A program made the position numbers and the translations under genes. The notes below the pieces were generated by a model that was given only the letters and a program-made list of their open reading frames with translations, did no database searches and was not told the origin of the DNA. Shown here piece by piece: positions 40,376-52,589 of a DNA stretch of 64,000 nt (position 1 is its first letter; the number at the start of each line of letters is the position of its first letter). This DNA is from Takakia lepidozioides. Taxonomy: Eukaryota > Plantae > Bryophyta. Location of the stretch: NCBI GenBank assembly GCA_030704615.1, contig CM060731.1, forward strand, positions 60,760,001-60,824,000, given 5' to 3'.

Positions 40376-41219
40376 GGGAACATCAGGCACTTCATGTCAT
40401 AAAATAACTGCTAGTTTCCAAATTGTTCCAAATGGAAGCACAAGACCAACTTACCAAGACACACCTCTCAGCAAGTCTACCAAGCTTCACTTCACTGTTC
40501 CTGTCTTCGTCCATATTTTTTGCCAACTGAGATGATACCCAGATTAACCAGGAAGTCAAATACCTAGATAATTGACTGCTGACCATAGAGTAGCCAAACC
40601 GGACCATAAAAGACAAGACAAACTGAGCAAAGCAAAATAGGAAACCAAAAACCAGACAAAGGAAGAGTAACACAGTCTTTGTCAGAGCCACTTGGGACAA
40701 CAGGAAACACATCACATAGCACTAGCGAGATACTGGCTTCATCTCTGCCTTTATGAGCACCCAACAGAGATAACTGGCACCAGATTTCTGGCTGTTCCCA
40801 GGAAATGGGCAGACCTGGCTGTTGATTCTCTTCTACAGAGAACATATGTAACCTAGACAAAGGAAATTCAACTAGAAAACTACATACTAGTAGAACTACA
40901 TACAAGTAGAACAACATATATCTAATCTGAGAGCCTAATAAAATGTAAACTACATACAAGTAAACAAAAGAACAGAAAAAGGAATGACAGCAAAATAATT
41001 GGCACATCTACCAATAATTTCCAACTTTACTTCTCATGCAACTCCATCTCAATGCAATCACCATTTGGTGTACAATCAAATCCCTACACTTGTCAATTTT
41101 TGCAAACCTGGGGCTCTGACCTCCAAATTTCAACCTAGCACTAAGAATGTGACACATTCCAATGTGTCACATATGGCTTCATCAAATACTCTCTCTTTCT
41201 AGCTTTCCAAAGTTAGAAA

Positions 41220-41432
41220 GCTTTGGACAAAGCTTCACTGATCTGGTCTGCAGGATATTCAAAACCCACAATTCCACCTGGAAGAAATTGCCAAAGACAG
41301 CGAGATCAAACTGGCCATGCCCATAGAGTGCTGTCACCATCACCTTGGCCAGCCCTGTTTCCCTACATTTCAGTGCTTCCCAGTGGCTGCTATGGCATGT
41401 GTGGGTTCGAGTGCTGGGATGATACCTCTTGT
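41220..41432 (-). pseudogene. Tryptophan synthase beta type 2 (TrpB2) C-terminal fragment
   Basis: GIIPALEPTHAIAAT / EALKCRETGLAKVMVTALYGHGQFDL / EYPADQISEALSK, with frameshifts. Matches TrpB2 EGIIPAPEPTHAIAA..EAL.C.ETG..KVI...GHG.FDL. Confidence 0.75.
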
Positions 41433-42784
41433 GACCTTTCCTTTGAGGTCAAAAGCTGAAGCTCTTCCAGGCACTGATAAAGTAACTCAATGTCTTACTG
41501 AAGTCTTCCACTATGAGGATCAGAAATGTTTGGCAGCTTACCTGCGCACTGCCTTGACCCTTAGACAATCCCTTGAGCAGTAGTTGCTTTTGGGGTGTTT
41601 TTTTTTGGCTCTGATTTTGCTTTTCTTTGCGTGACTTTTTGAATTGAGACAATACACAAATCTCTTAGTGTTAAGAATACACCTTTTGATCTCAGTCCAG
41701 ACAAGAAAGTGGTCAGAAGTACCAACACTTTGGCAACTGGGGAAACAACTCCTTATCCACTATGATATATTCCACAATGGACTGTTCCCCAGTTTGGACT
41801 TTTTTACAAGTCCCCTGCAAAGGGACCTCTTTTGACCTTTCCTTTGAGGTCAAAAGCTGAAGCTCTTCCAGGCACTGATAAAGTCTCCAAGGAAGTTAAG
41901 CTCGATTGTGCTAAGTTCCTTGCCAAAGGCCTGTGGTCTTGTTAGGAGCCTTTAAAGCCGGGTGAGCAAGGCCAACAACAGGACACCGTCATTGGGCCTT
42001 CTGGCGAGGATGAGCAGCAAACAACACTAAGGGTTCCCTCTGAGGCATGTTGACACATCCCACAAAGAGTTCCTTAGCCCTCATGCCGCCCTTCAGTTTC
42101 AGTCTCAGCCAAATACCGTGAAGTTCCTTGTTGATGATTTCAGAATTATGACACAGGAAATCAAGGCCAAAGACTATGCTTTGCAGAAGCTGTCTTGCCC
42201 AGCATAAATGTGGGTGCCAATTAGCTTGAAGAACTTGTCCCACTTCACATTGTTTCCTCTTAAGATGCCCAGCCGCAAGCCAGATGGAAGGACACAGTTG
42301 GAAAAACTGTTCCTATGATTCAAGACAGCCTCCATAAAGTTAAGCACTTACTTGGCAGTAAAATAACGAGCCTCAAAGCTAGACATACGACAGAGGGTGG
42401 CTGGCAGGCAAAAAACAACACCAAAAAGCAAGAGTTAACGCAAAGAGTTAAGTATGGATTTACAGGTTGTTGCAAGGCAGATCATCCAGGTGTCAAATAG
42501 TGTACAATTAGTAACTGACCACCTTTAAGTTACTTCTTCCCGAAAATGAAAATTGGAAGAGGTCCTTTGTGTCTTGCAAGCTCCGCGAGCAACTGGACTT
42601 ATCTCCGAATCGCCCCCCAGAAGTCCAAACCAACATACCCCTCCTGAATTCAGTTCTAGCAATGTTTCATATCCCACCATTGATTGAATGAAGGCAGGAA
42701 AGTTTCCTGACCTGGACATTCGCATTGAGAAGATGACAATGTTCTGAAAATGAACTCCACGCTTCTTCCGCAGTTCGATGACGA

Positions 42785-43500
42785 CAAGCATTGACCATTT
42801 CGTCTCCATTGTCCCACCATTGACTGGGGTCGGGAAAGTGTTCATTCCACCAGTGTTCAGTCTCTGTTATCTGTTTTTGGATACTTTCCTGCTGCCACAT
42901 CGGCAGTAACTTGTCAAAGTCACTCCAAACCACCACAGATCCACCCAACAAGCTATGCATCTCAAGGCCGAGTCTGATGAGAGGGCAAAACAGGCAAAAA
43001 TAGGTGGAAGAAGAAGGTGCCCTCACCACAGTGTCTTTGACCTTGTGTCATGACCCATGGAGGATTTGACCGACCATCAACCCAAAAAGGCCTCTTGTGT
43101 GTGCTGCTTGAGTTTGTAGTCAGGTAATGTCGGATTGGTCTGTGAGAACCACCACGGCCCAGCTGAGCAAGCAGAGATTGAAACACCAAGACCAAGCCGA
43201 CTCTCCCAAGAACCTTGTAAACATCAGGAAGAAAGAAGGTTCCAGCTGAGCAGGCAGCATCCAAAAGGATCGACCGGTGTATGAAACCCCTCGGCGTTCA
43301 GGGACGCAGGGACATCGTCGTCCCTGCAGTTACTTTTGGGCAGTCGGGGCAGATATAAAACTTTGACGACGACAATGACATGGCTACGATGACGTGTCTA
43401 CGAAACGTGGCGACGATGACGTGTTGACGATGACATGGCGATGATGACGAGGCACTAAGGCATCCAATTCCTGTTCTGTACGCTAAACTACCTTCCAACC
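42785..43500 (-). pseudogene. Decayed OSB-PDF/PPR paralogue 5' region and upstream motif block
   Basis: Family leader (RGGSHRPIRHYLTT..VMTQGQ..CGEGTFFF), then WNEHFPDPSQWWDNG. The upstream gacgatgacgtg repeat block is shared with 48190-48450. Confidence 0.7.
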
Positions 43501-44720
43501 TTCTTGTCTTCGCGATGCTCCGCACTACTCGCGACGAATTCGGAGAACTACTTTCAATTTTAGAAAGGGTACGTCGTCCCCATGGTGTTACATATACATC
43601 CCATATTACATTGTTTTTCGGAAGAAGAATGGCGGAGTTGCCGAAGCCATCATGTCCTGTCTCCATTTTTCATTGTATCTATCTATCTACGCCCAAGATG
43701 TGAGGGGGAATTGAACCCCATTTTCTGCCCAATATGCAGCCACTTCCACACCTGATGAGCCGCCCTCAAATCCATTCACACTTGACAGCAGCAAGGTAAC
43801 AGAATCAGAGCTTCTTCTGGAGGACTATGCATCAACAAATGCTTCAGAACCTGCAGGAACAAAAACTAAAGTTACAAGCTGGACCAGAGAGAGAGAGAAA
43901 GAGAAAAACCAGTAAATGGCAAGTATATCTTCCTCTCATTATTCATAAGTTATCCCTTAGTTGGGTGTAATTCCATTGATATTAATTGAACCAACATGAT
44001 GGATCAAAAGCTTCGTTTTTGGGATGTTGGACCATTACTGGAGGCAAGAGAAAAAGACCTCACATTCTTGAAGGGGATTTCAGGACAGTTTTTCGGCTTG
44101 TTTGAGATTGGCAGCTCAAGTAGTTACCCCCAACCTTGAACTCCAACATGCACAAACTGATGTTATAGTGTGAGGGAGTCAAGCCGCATCAATCTATAAC
44201 AATACCAAATACCCTTACCATCACTATATGAACTTTCAAGCAGCCACCATGGGATTGGATCTTGGTGGGTTAAGGCTAGCTTTTGACAATATTCATGCAA
44301 GTTCGTCAAGGGCTCCATCTAAAGCCACATCACGAGAAACAAACAAACATGTCCAAAGATGCTGAACAAACTTGTGCACAGGGCTGCCCCTCTCATCAAG
44401 CTCATTAAAATTCGTATTCACTTCCATCTTCAAGCCTTGGAGAAGCTCCACCACCCAAACCCAGAATTAGGACAGCACTCTGATTTCCATCCACTGTCAC
44501 CAGAATCAGTCAAAAATCCCCCTTCAACCAAGTGCAATTATGGGCTGACTTCCCACCTATGCCGGGTAGACCCCACTATCATTTCCTGTGGATATGCCAC
44601 AGGAAATGTACTCAACAGTACATGATGCTCAATACTCTCAGGAAATGGTGGATGGTCTGAGTAGCTACACAGACCAATGAATGAAGCAAGACACTCGCAT
44701 CTTTCCAAGAAAACATCCTT

Positions 44721-45100
44721 TCACCAGTAATCACCACAAGAACGAATCCCATCTTCAAAGTGGTGAGCAGTTAGCGTCCCGTACAACAATTGCTCGGCCA
44801 ACAATCTTTGAGATAAATTTAGTGGAGATGTGGCAGTCACCACACACTGAAAGATTCTTGATGAGACGGAGACTCGGCGTCCTAGGAGTCGTGCTGATCA
44901 GCCCAAAGCCAATGCCAGCTTCTCACTATGGTGGCAAAGAGAAAATTCCTTTTCCTCCTCCCCCACATCACGCAATACAAAGCACGTGTCAGGCACATAC
45001 CCCGCCTCCTTCATCTGCCCAGACAATCTTCTCAGCTCAGCATGGATTTCGTTAATTCTGGGATGCAACTTGTCATATACAACGAAGGTGTGCACCCTCA
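44721..45100 (-). pseudogene. DYW deaminase domain remnant
   Basis: VHTFVVYDKLHP..EIHAELRRLSGQMKEAGYVPD...[23 protein letters not shown] and HHFEDG..SCGDYW*, with frameshifts. Closely similar to the intact gene at 52200-52589. Confidence 0.92.
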
Positions 45101-45439
45101 GAAATTCTGAACAGGCTTGATGATGGGGATATTTCAAATTGCACCAACAATTGATTCACAGGCATATGGCCTCAATCTTGGCAGATGTTGCTTCGAACTC
45201 TAGACGACAAACTACCTTGAATGTCCACCAAGCTTAACCGTAGACATTCTATTATCGAAACTTAAACAGTCCAGTATTAGGCATCTCTACCTTATAGACT
45301 CCTTCAACATTTGCATGTAGTGGCTTCATAGCTTGTGAATAGTAACTTGTGTTCCCCCAAAAACTTCACTTTATCCTTTGATTAGAAAGCCCATCTTCTC
45401 TTCCTTGGGATATATTATCTACGGGGAAAGGGAGCTCGC

Positions 45440-46507
45440 CTGCTCGAACTCTTGATGGCTTGAGCTTCATCTAGTACCATATACTGCCCACTTCACACGC
45501 CAGAAATACTTCTCATCAACACCAACAGCTGATAGCTGGTGATTAACACATGGAATCCTGCCTCCCTGCAACCACAAAATCTCCTTCATCACCTACCCGC
45601 GCCATACTCCATCTGTCCGGCAACATGATGAACTAGTAATAGCTCATGCAGATTGAAAAACAGGTGAAACCAACTACTGAACCCAGCCTTCCACAGTGGT
45701 ACTGGCCCCATTCCGCTCTCGATTTTTCCGCCCCGTCCCTATAGTTCATCCAAATTGGTCTCATGGTCTATGGCTGCAAGCTTACGCAAGCACAGCCTGA
45801 TGAGCACATTGTACCCGGTGACTACTTAAGATCAAAACCAAATCAAAAGGGTGCATGGATAATTTTTTAATAACTAAGAGTGTGGTGACCTGAATGAATT
45901 TGATACAACCTGACGCTCCCGACTGACAACAATTAACACTGCAGAATGTGGGTACCCAGGTAGAGGGATGTTGACCATGCCTTCGATAGGGACGCTTCGG
46001 ATTGATGTTTTTCCAAAGTACTGTTCCTTCATTGAGTCCCCCCAATAAGGTAGGATTTTCAGGTCAGGGCAGAACCGCCGAACTTCTCTGCCCCATTGTT
46101 CAAGACAGAAGCTGGTGCCACTACAAGGAATATCTGTTTCTCCTGTACTCCATCAGCAGACAACTTTTGTTCAGTGTTCATCATGGTTGGCATGTATATG
46201 CAAAGACTCAATTCAATCCACCTAAACTTCAAAGGAAACCATGCAAAAGCACACTTTCAGCCATTAAAGTCCTCCCTTGTCCAAGAATCATTTTCACAGG
46301 ATGCATACACCATAGAACTATACTACCACAAGGAAAATAAATTCAAGCTCTAGAGTTAACAAAGTTTATGGGAAAAACAGTAAGGCATATTAATTTTAAA
46401 AAAACACTGTTAGTGTCGATTTACCTCAGCCAGATGAGCAAGGAAGGCCATGGCCTGAATGGTCTTTCCAAGACCCATCTCATCCACCAGTATACCATTC
46501 AATCCCT
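45440..46507 (-). pseudogene. INO80: INO80 chromatin-remodelling ATPase fragment, three exons with introns retained
   Basis: [27 protein letters not shown]|gt (~46425-46507); FLVVAPASVLNN..FCPDLKILPYWGGLNEGTVLWKNINPKRPYR (~45980-46145); REAGFHVLITSYQLLV..EKYF.RVK.QYMVLDEAQAIKSSS (~45440-45568). Frameshifted. Confidence 0.88.
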
Positions 46508-47095
46508 ACTCCCCAAATTCCCAGGAAAAACAAGTCAGACTGTCATTCACAGACTGCTGTACAAATCCTACCATTTAACTGTAGCATGGTAGGATCAACA
46601 TGGTGAATTAATGGCGTAGTCATTGCACCAAAGCTGTGATAATCACCCACCGACCTAGTCCTTACAAGTCCAAACCAACTTACAAAGCCATGGATATAGC
46701 TGTTGATTTATTCTAATTAACAGTTGATTTTGCTGCAGACAGACCCTCTCGCCTGGGTTGAGTATCCTTGTAGAGTGTAGAACAAATTGTAATATTTTGA
46801 AGCAACACTGTTCAATAAGTGCTCAAAAGCTGAAGCCCAACAGGCAAGTCTACTTGAGAAGATGTCATACTCTAAAATGTAGCCAACTTATGAAGGGTTG
46901 CCCCCTACTGTCCAGGCGAGCAGTCAACCAAACATTAACCTGGTCAACATCTGGCAATAAGGGTTGGCCGTGCTACCAACAAAACCCTAGGAACTCCAAG
47001 ATGCAATTCCCCTCACCCATACCTGCTCTTTATCCCACTTCTTCCAGAAAATAACCATATGCCGGGCCAGCCTTGGGGTGCGCATTGGTGCACCC

Positions 47096-48100
47096 TTAAT
47101 TATTTTCAGGGACCGCATTTTCCGATTTTAACCTGCAGGGATGAGCTGCCATATTGTTGAACACTCCGTCCACATCCGCAATGCTCCCACATTTGGCATA
47201 CATGTCCACGAGGGTATTGTTCAGAATCACGTCTGGTACAATTCCAGCTTTGGCAATGCAACCATGCACCTCTTTGCCCTTTTCCAGGGCTGCCAGGCTT
47301 GCACACGCACTGCAAACGCACAGAAAGTGGTCGGGCTTCACCCCTTGGTCTCCAAAGCCTCCATCCCGCTGTGCATACCCTGCAAGCATCGCGTTCCACG
47401 ACACCACATCTCGTTCAGCCATAGTGTTGAGAACTCCCTTCGCATCCTGAATGTACCCACATTTGGCAGTAGTTCCAATTCTGAATTGCATCTGCTTCTC
47501 TCTGTAGTCCAACAGGCATTCACCTTTTTGTCTCCATTGTCCCACCATTGACTGGGGTTGGAAAAGTGTTCATTCCAAAGCTTCTCCTCATCTCTGCTAT
47601 CTGTTTTTGGATACTTTCCTGCTGCCACATCGGCAGTAACTTGTCAAAGTCACTCCAAACCACCACAGATCCACCCAACGAGCTAACTTACATAATTCAA
47701 TATGCAACTTCAGGGCCGAGTCTGATGAGAGGGAAAAACAGGCTGAAATAGGTCGAAGAAGAAGGTGCTCTCACCACATTGTCCTCGACCTTGTGTCATG
47801 ACGTAGGGAGGATTTGACCGACCATGAACTCAAAAGGACCTATTGTGTGTGCTGCTTGTGTCTGTATTCAGGTAATGTCGGATTGGTCTGCAAGAACCAC
47901 CACGGTGCAGCTGAGCAGGCAGAGATTGAAACACGGCATTCTAAGACCAAGCTGACTCTCCCAAGAACCTTGTACACATCAGGAAGAATACCAAATCATG
48001 GTACTAACAGGAGCCGAGAGCCCACATTTGCGGGATGGACAAACTTCTTCACATCACATCGTACATTAAGCAAAAGCCACACCTTGCGAGCTCCTGCAAC
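47096..48100 (-). pseudogene. Decayed OSB-PDF/PPR paralogue (leader + WWDN exon + PLS motifs), head-to-head with the intact gene
   Basis: KYPKTDSRDEEKLWNEHFSNPSQWWDNGDKK|gtgaatg is followed by AKCGYIQDAKGVLNTMAERDVVSWNAMLAGYAQ..ACASLAALEKGKEVH..NTLVDMYAKCGS. Contains stops and deletions. Confidence 0.85.
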
Positions 48101-48723
48101 GCCTCCGCGCTCAAGCACGCGGGGACATCGTCGTCCCTTCCCCGCGCTGCAAGACACCGATTAGTTTCGGGCATCTCAGGCAGATTTCAAGAACTTTGAC
48201 GACGATGACGTGGTGATGATGTGGCGACAATGACGAGGCACTATGGCACCCTATACCTGCTCTACGCTAAACTAGCTTCCGCTGCAAGACACCGGTTAGT
48301 TTCGGGCATCTAGGGCAGACTCCAAATTTTTTACCACGATGACGTGGCGACAATGACGTGGTGACGATGACATTGCGATGATGACGTGGATACGATGACG
48401 AGGCACTATGGCACCCTATACCTGCTTTACGTTAAACTAGGTTCCGACCTCCGGTCGTCGCTAGAAGAAAAGAAGGTTAACAGATATGATATTGAGGGAA
48501 TAGTTATGGACGGTAGACGGTACCCTTGCCCACAGCCCAGCTACAAGCGAGAGATGGGGGCTCTGTGTCTCTCACTTGTTCAGGATCTGTCATCGATGCG
48601 AGTCTGTGTCTGGTGATGGGCTTTCGATTTGATGCCATGCGGTACGAGCAGTGCGAAATGGGTTGTTGGAGAATGTCGCTGTGAAGAGTGGTGGCAGAAG
48701 GGAGAGTTGGAGAGGGAGCAGCC

Positions 48724-51700
48724 ATGGCAGCACAGAAGGTACGCATGGGACCAGTGGGGAACATTCCTGTCTTCTCCACATATTGTCGATGCATCTTGGG
48801 GTGCTGTCGCAATCGTCCCCGAGATCACGCTGCCTGCAAGCCTGGCCCTCAGTTCAAAGCTTCAAAAAGGTGTGGACAGTCCACTCTGTGCGCTCCTCTG
48901 TATTTTCCCAACTGCAGTGCAGTGAATTCTATTTCAAACAGTTGCAAGCCAAGTGCGGGGCATTGGAGACCAGGAGAGGAGGACGAGGTTTATGGAGAGT
49001 GGGGCGACAGAGGAGGCGGCCACCTGGTTGTGGCGAAAACTAAATGGCGACGGTCAGCCACGGTCACATTCAGCAAGGACGTTGCAGACACAGGCAGATA
49101 TTCAGAATGCCATGAGGACAAGCTTTGGAACGAATGTTTTTTAAACCCCAGCCAGTGGTGGGACAATCGAGACAACAAGGTGAATGCGGGTTACGGTTCC
49201 TCACAAATTAATGATAGTGTCCCCCTCTGTTTTTAGCGGGCCCTTTTCTCCTCGATCCTGCGATTGGCAGGGGAACCGCGTCAGAGTCGTCACATCGCTC
49301 GAAGTCTAGTACTGGATCGACCTCATGCTTTCTAGTATGAGGGCAATGCCCCTACAGCAATCTAATCTTGGGCGACTGAAATTTACATTTGTCACATCTC
49401 TTGCAAGTGAGAGGGCTAGAGCAGCATTGGCGGAACAAACCTCATGTCTTCTGGTATGAGGTCGATTGCATCGCATCACTCAACGCTCAATTGCTTGGTG
49501 TGCATGAAGTGAGCAGAAACTTGGGTTGGCAGGGTACATAGGAAATTATACAAAGGGGAGTTTTGCGTGTAGTACCTTTCTGTGCAAGGGGCAGGATTTA
49601 CTCCTTTCATTGAGGAGGCAGGGATAGCTGAAGGAGGGAAGGAGTGTGGGTGCAGATTGATCCCACCGGACCAGATTTCAGGTGCAAGAGTACCAAGAAG
49701 GCATTATGGAATGCTCACTGGCTAGATCGTCAATTTCAAAAGCTGGAAGCAGCTAGGCAAAAGTCTATGGTGAGCTGTGGTGAAGGGGGATTGATGGTCG
49801 CATCCAGTATGGCAGTCCCTCCACTTTTGCTGATGTAGACCTCACAGACTCATGATCTTCCTGTGTAAGTTGCATAGTGTGTTCTTCGAGGTACCCTTAT
49901 TGGTATTTTCATGAGGGAAACATTTGTGCCATTGACTGCCTAACCCAAAGGAGCATGTTTTTGATTGAGAGAGAGAGTTGCTTCTCTCCTTGAGAGGTGC
50001 TGAACACAGTTGTCAGAAGGGTTACTTGATATAAGATGATAGTCATGGTATTGCAGCTGGTACAGCATATTTGTTCTTGCAAGCATGAACCTCCATAGTG
50101 TGATATGGATACGTATTTAACCAAAACCCAAGAAACCCTGTTGTGTGTAGCAAAGAGCCTGTTTTATTGAAGATCTCTTTTTTGGAAGTATGTAGGAGCT
50201 TTGCTATATATTTATGTGGCTTGTCAGTGTAACTGAGGGTATTGAGTCGTGCAGGATGGCAGGGTTGAATGAGGTACAGTGGTCGGAATCAGGATCAGCT
50301 CCCACCATGACCACTGCTTTTGAGAGAGGACCAAAAGGAGGAGGAAATAAGAACTCCTTGGGCACTTGTAGGGAACTGAGGACACTCTCATGTAAACCAG
50401 GACAGCTCAAAGAGGTATGGGAAATTTTGAACCAAGGAGGCATTTCGGCAGACTTAAATACTTATGTTTCTCTCTTGCAGGAGTGCATTAAAATTAAGGA
50501 TCTAGAACTGGGAAAGCAGGTTCATTCCCACATTATCCAAAGTGGATTCAAGCCAAACGTCTTTCTACTCAACACCCTTGTCAACATGTATACCAAGTGT
50601 GGAAGCATGGCAGATGCACGCCAAGTGTTTGACAAAATGCCTGAACGGAATTTGTTTACGTGGAATATAATGATGGCAGGATATACCAAGCATGGGTATG
50701 GTAGGAAGGCCATCAAAGTCTACGATCAAATGATACAGGAAGGGGTGACACCCAACAGGGTCACATTCATTTCTATTCTCAAGGCATGTGCTAGCATAGG
50801 GGCCCTAGAAAAGGGCAAGGAGGTCCAAGCTGACATCATCAAAGCTGGAGTTGCACCAGATATTGTCCTGGAGACGGCCCTTACTGCCATGTATGCCAAA
50901 TGCGGGAACATGAAGGATGCGCGTCATTTGTTTGACAATATGGCGCAACGAAATGTGGTTTCATGGAGTGCGATGATTGCAGGATATGCTCAGCATGGGT
51001 GTGGTAGGGAGGCTTTTGAGATCTATGAGCAAATGATACGTGAAGGGGTGATGCCCGACAGAGTTGCATTCATTTGTGCCCTCAATGCGTGTGCCAACCT
51101 GGGAGCCCTGGAAAAGGGCATAGAGGTCCATAGTGACATAATCAAAACTGGAATTGCACCAGAAGTCGTTCTAGAGACTGCCCTTGTCGCCATGTATGCT
51201 AAATGTGGGGACATAGAGGATGCACGACAAGTGTTCGACTGTATGGCTGAACGAAATGTGGTGTCATGGAATGCAATGATAGCAGGGTATGCCCAGCATG
51301 GGTGTGATAGGGAGGCCCTGCAATTATTCCGGAAAATGCGACAAGAAGGCTTGACGCCGGACGTGGTGTCATGGAATGCCATGATTGCAGGGCATGCTCA
51401 GCATGGTTGTGGTGGGGAGGCTTTGGTGATGTATGAGCAAATGCTACGTGAAGGGGTGATGCCTGACAAGGTGACATTTATTTGCGTTCTCAAGGCATGT
51501 GCTAGCTTGGCAGCCCTGGAAAAGGGCAAAGAAGTCCATTCTGCCATAATCAATTCTGGAATTGCATCATATATAAATTTGGAGAATACCCTCATCAACA
51601 TGTATGCCAAATGTGGGAACATTACAGATGCACGCCAAGTGTTCGACAGTATGGCAGAACGAACTGTAGTCTCATGGAGTGTGATGATTGCAGGATATGC

Positions 51701-52589
51701 TCAGCATGGGTGTGGTATGGAGGCCCTGCAACTATTTGAACAGATGCAACAGGAAGGTTTGAAGCCAAGTGCCATCACCTTCATATGTGTTCTCTCTGCA
51801 TGTCGCCATGTGGGCCTTGTGAATGAGGGTCGCCGCTACTTTGATTCCATGAGTCGAGATCATAACGTCACTCCTACAGTGGAGCATTTTGGCTGCATGG
51901 TGGACATTCTTGGCCGTGCAGGGCGATTGGATGAGGCAGAGGACTTCGTCAACAAGATGCCAATTGAACCAGGTCCTACGGTGTGGGGAGCCTTGCTTGG
52001 TGCCTGCAGAATTCATGGCAATGTCGAGGTGGCAGAACGTGTCACAAAATGCCTTCTCAAGTGGGATCCACAGCATGCAGCAACTTATGTGGTCCTATCA
52101 AACGTCTACGCCGCTGCTGGCAGGTGGAACGAAGCAGCGAAGGTGAGAAAAATGATGCAGGACAGAGGTGTCAAAAAGGAGCCAGGATGCTGCCTCATTG
52201 AGGTGGAGAACCAGGTGCATACATTCCTTGTAGAAGACAAATTGCATCCAGAAATTGACGAAATCCATGCTGAGCTGAAGAGACTGTTTGGGCAGATGAA
52301 GGAGACAGGGTACGTTCCTGACACTCGTTTTGTATTGCATGATGTTGGGGAGGAGGAAAAAGAATTTTCTCTTTGCCTCCACAGTGAGAAACTGGCAATT
52401 GCATTTGGGTTGATCAGCACACCCCCAGGCCTGCTCATCCGCATCATCAAGAACCTTCGCGTGTGTGGTGACTGCCACACCGCCACCAAGTTCATCTCAA
52501 AGATTGTTGGCCGAGTAGTTGTTGTACGGGATGCCAGCCGCTTTCACCACTTCCAAGACGGGGTTTGTTCTTGTGGGGATTACTGGTGA
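48724..52589 (+). CDS. PLS-class PPR-E-DYW RNA-editing factor with predicted N-terminal transit peptide and OSB-type PDF motif (~976 aa; exons 48724-49179, 49656-49769, 49839-49864, 50255-52589)
   Basis: The intact ORF 50214..52589 has ~15 PLS motifs, an E domain, PG box, HSEKLA, CGDCH and a CSCGDYW end. Three upstream GT-AG exons join in frame (phases 0, 0, 2) to give LWNECFLNPSQWWDNRDNK/IDPTGPDFRCKSTKKALW. The PPR-DYW part is near certain; the 5' splicing and start codon are inferred. Confidence 0.85.

Noticed and set aside
41989-42243. Possible LINE endonuclease fragment (GIWLRLKL...LFVGCVNMP)
   Set aside because: The similarity is too short and weak to call by eye.
50522-52495. Antisense ORFs overlapping the PPR-DYW gene
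   Set aside because: These are shadow frames of the repetitive PPR coding strand.
52170-52589. Possible U-to-C (DYW:KP-type) reverse-editing domain
   Set aside because: It has a PG box, HSEKLA and a CSCGDYW end, i.e. the conventional C-to-U type.
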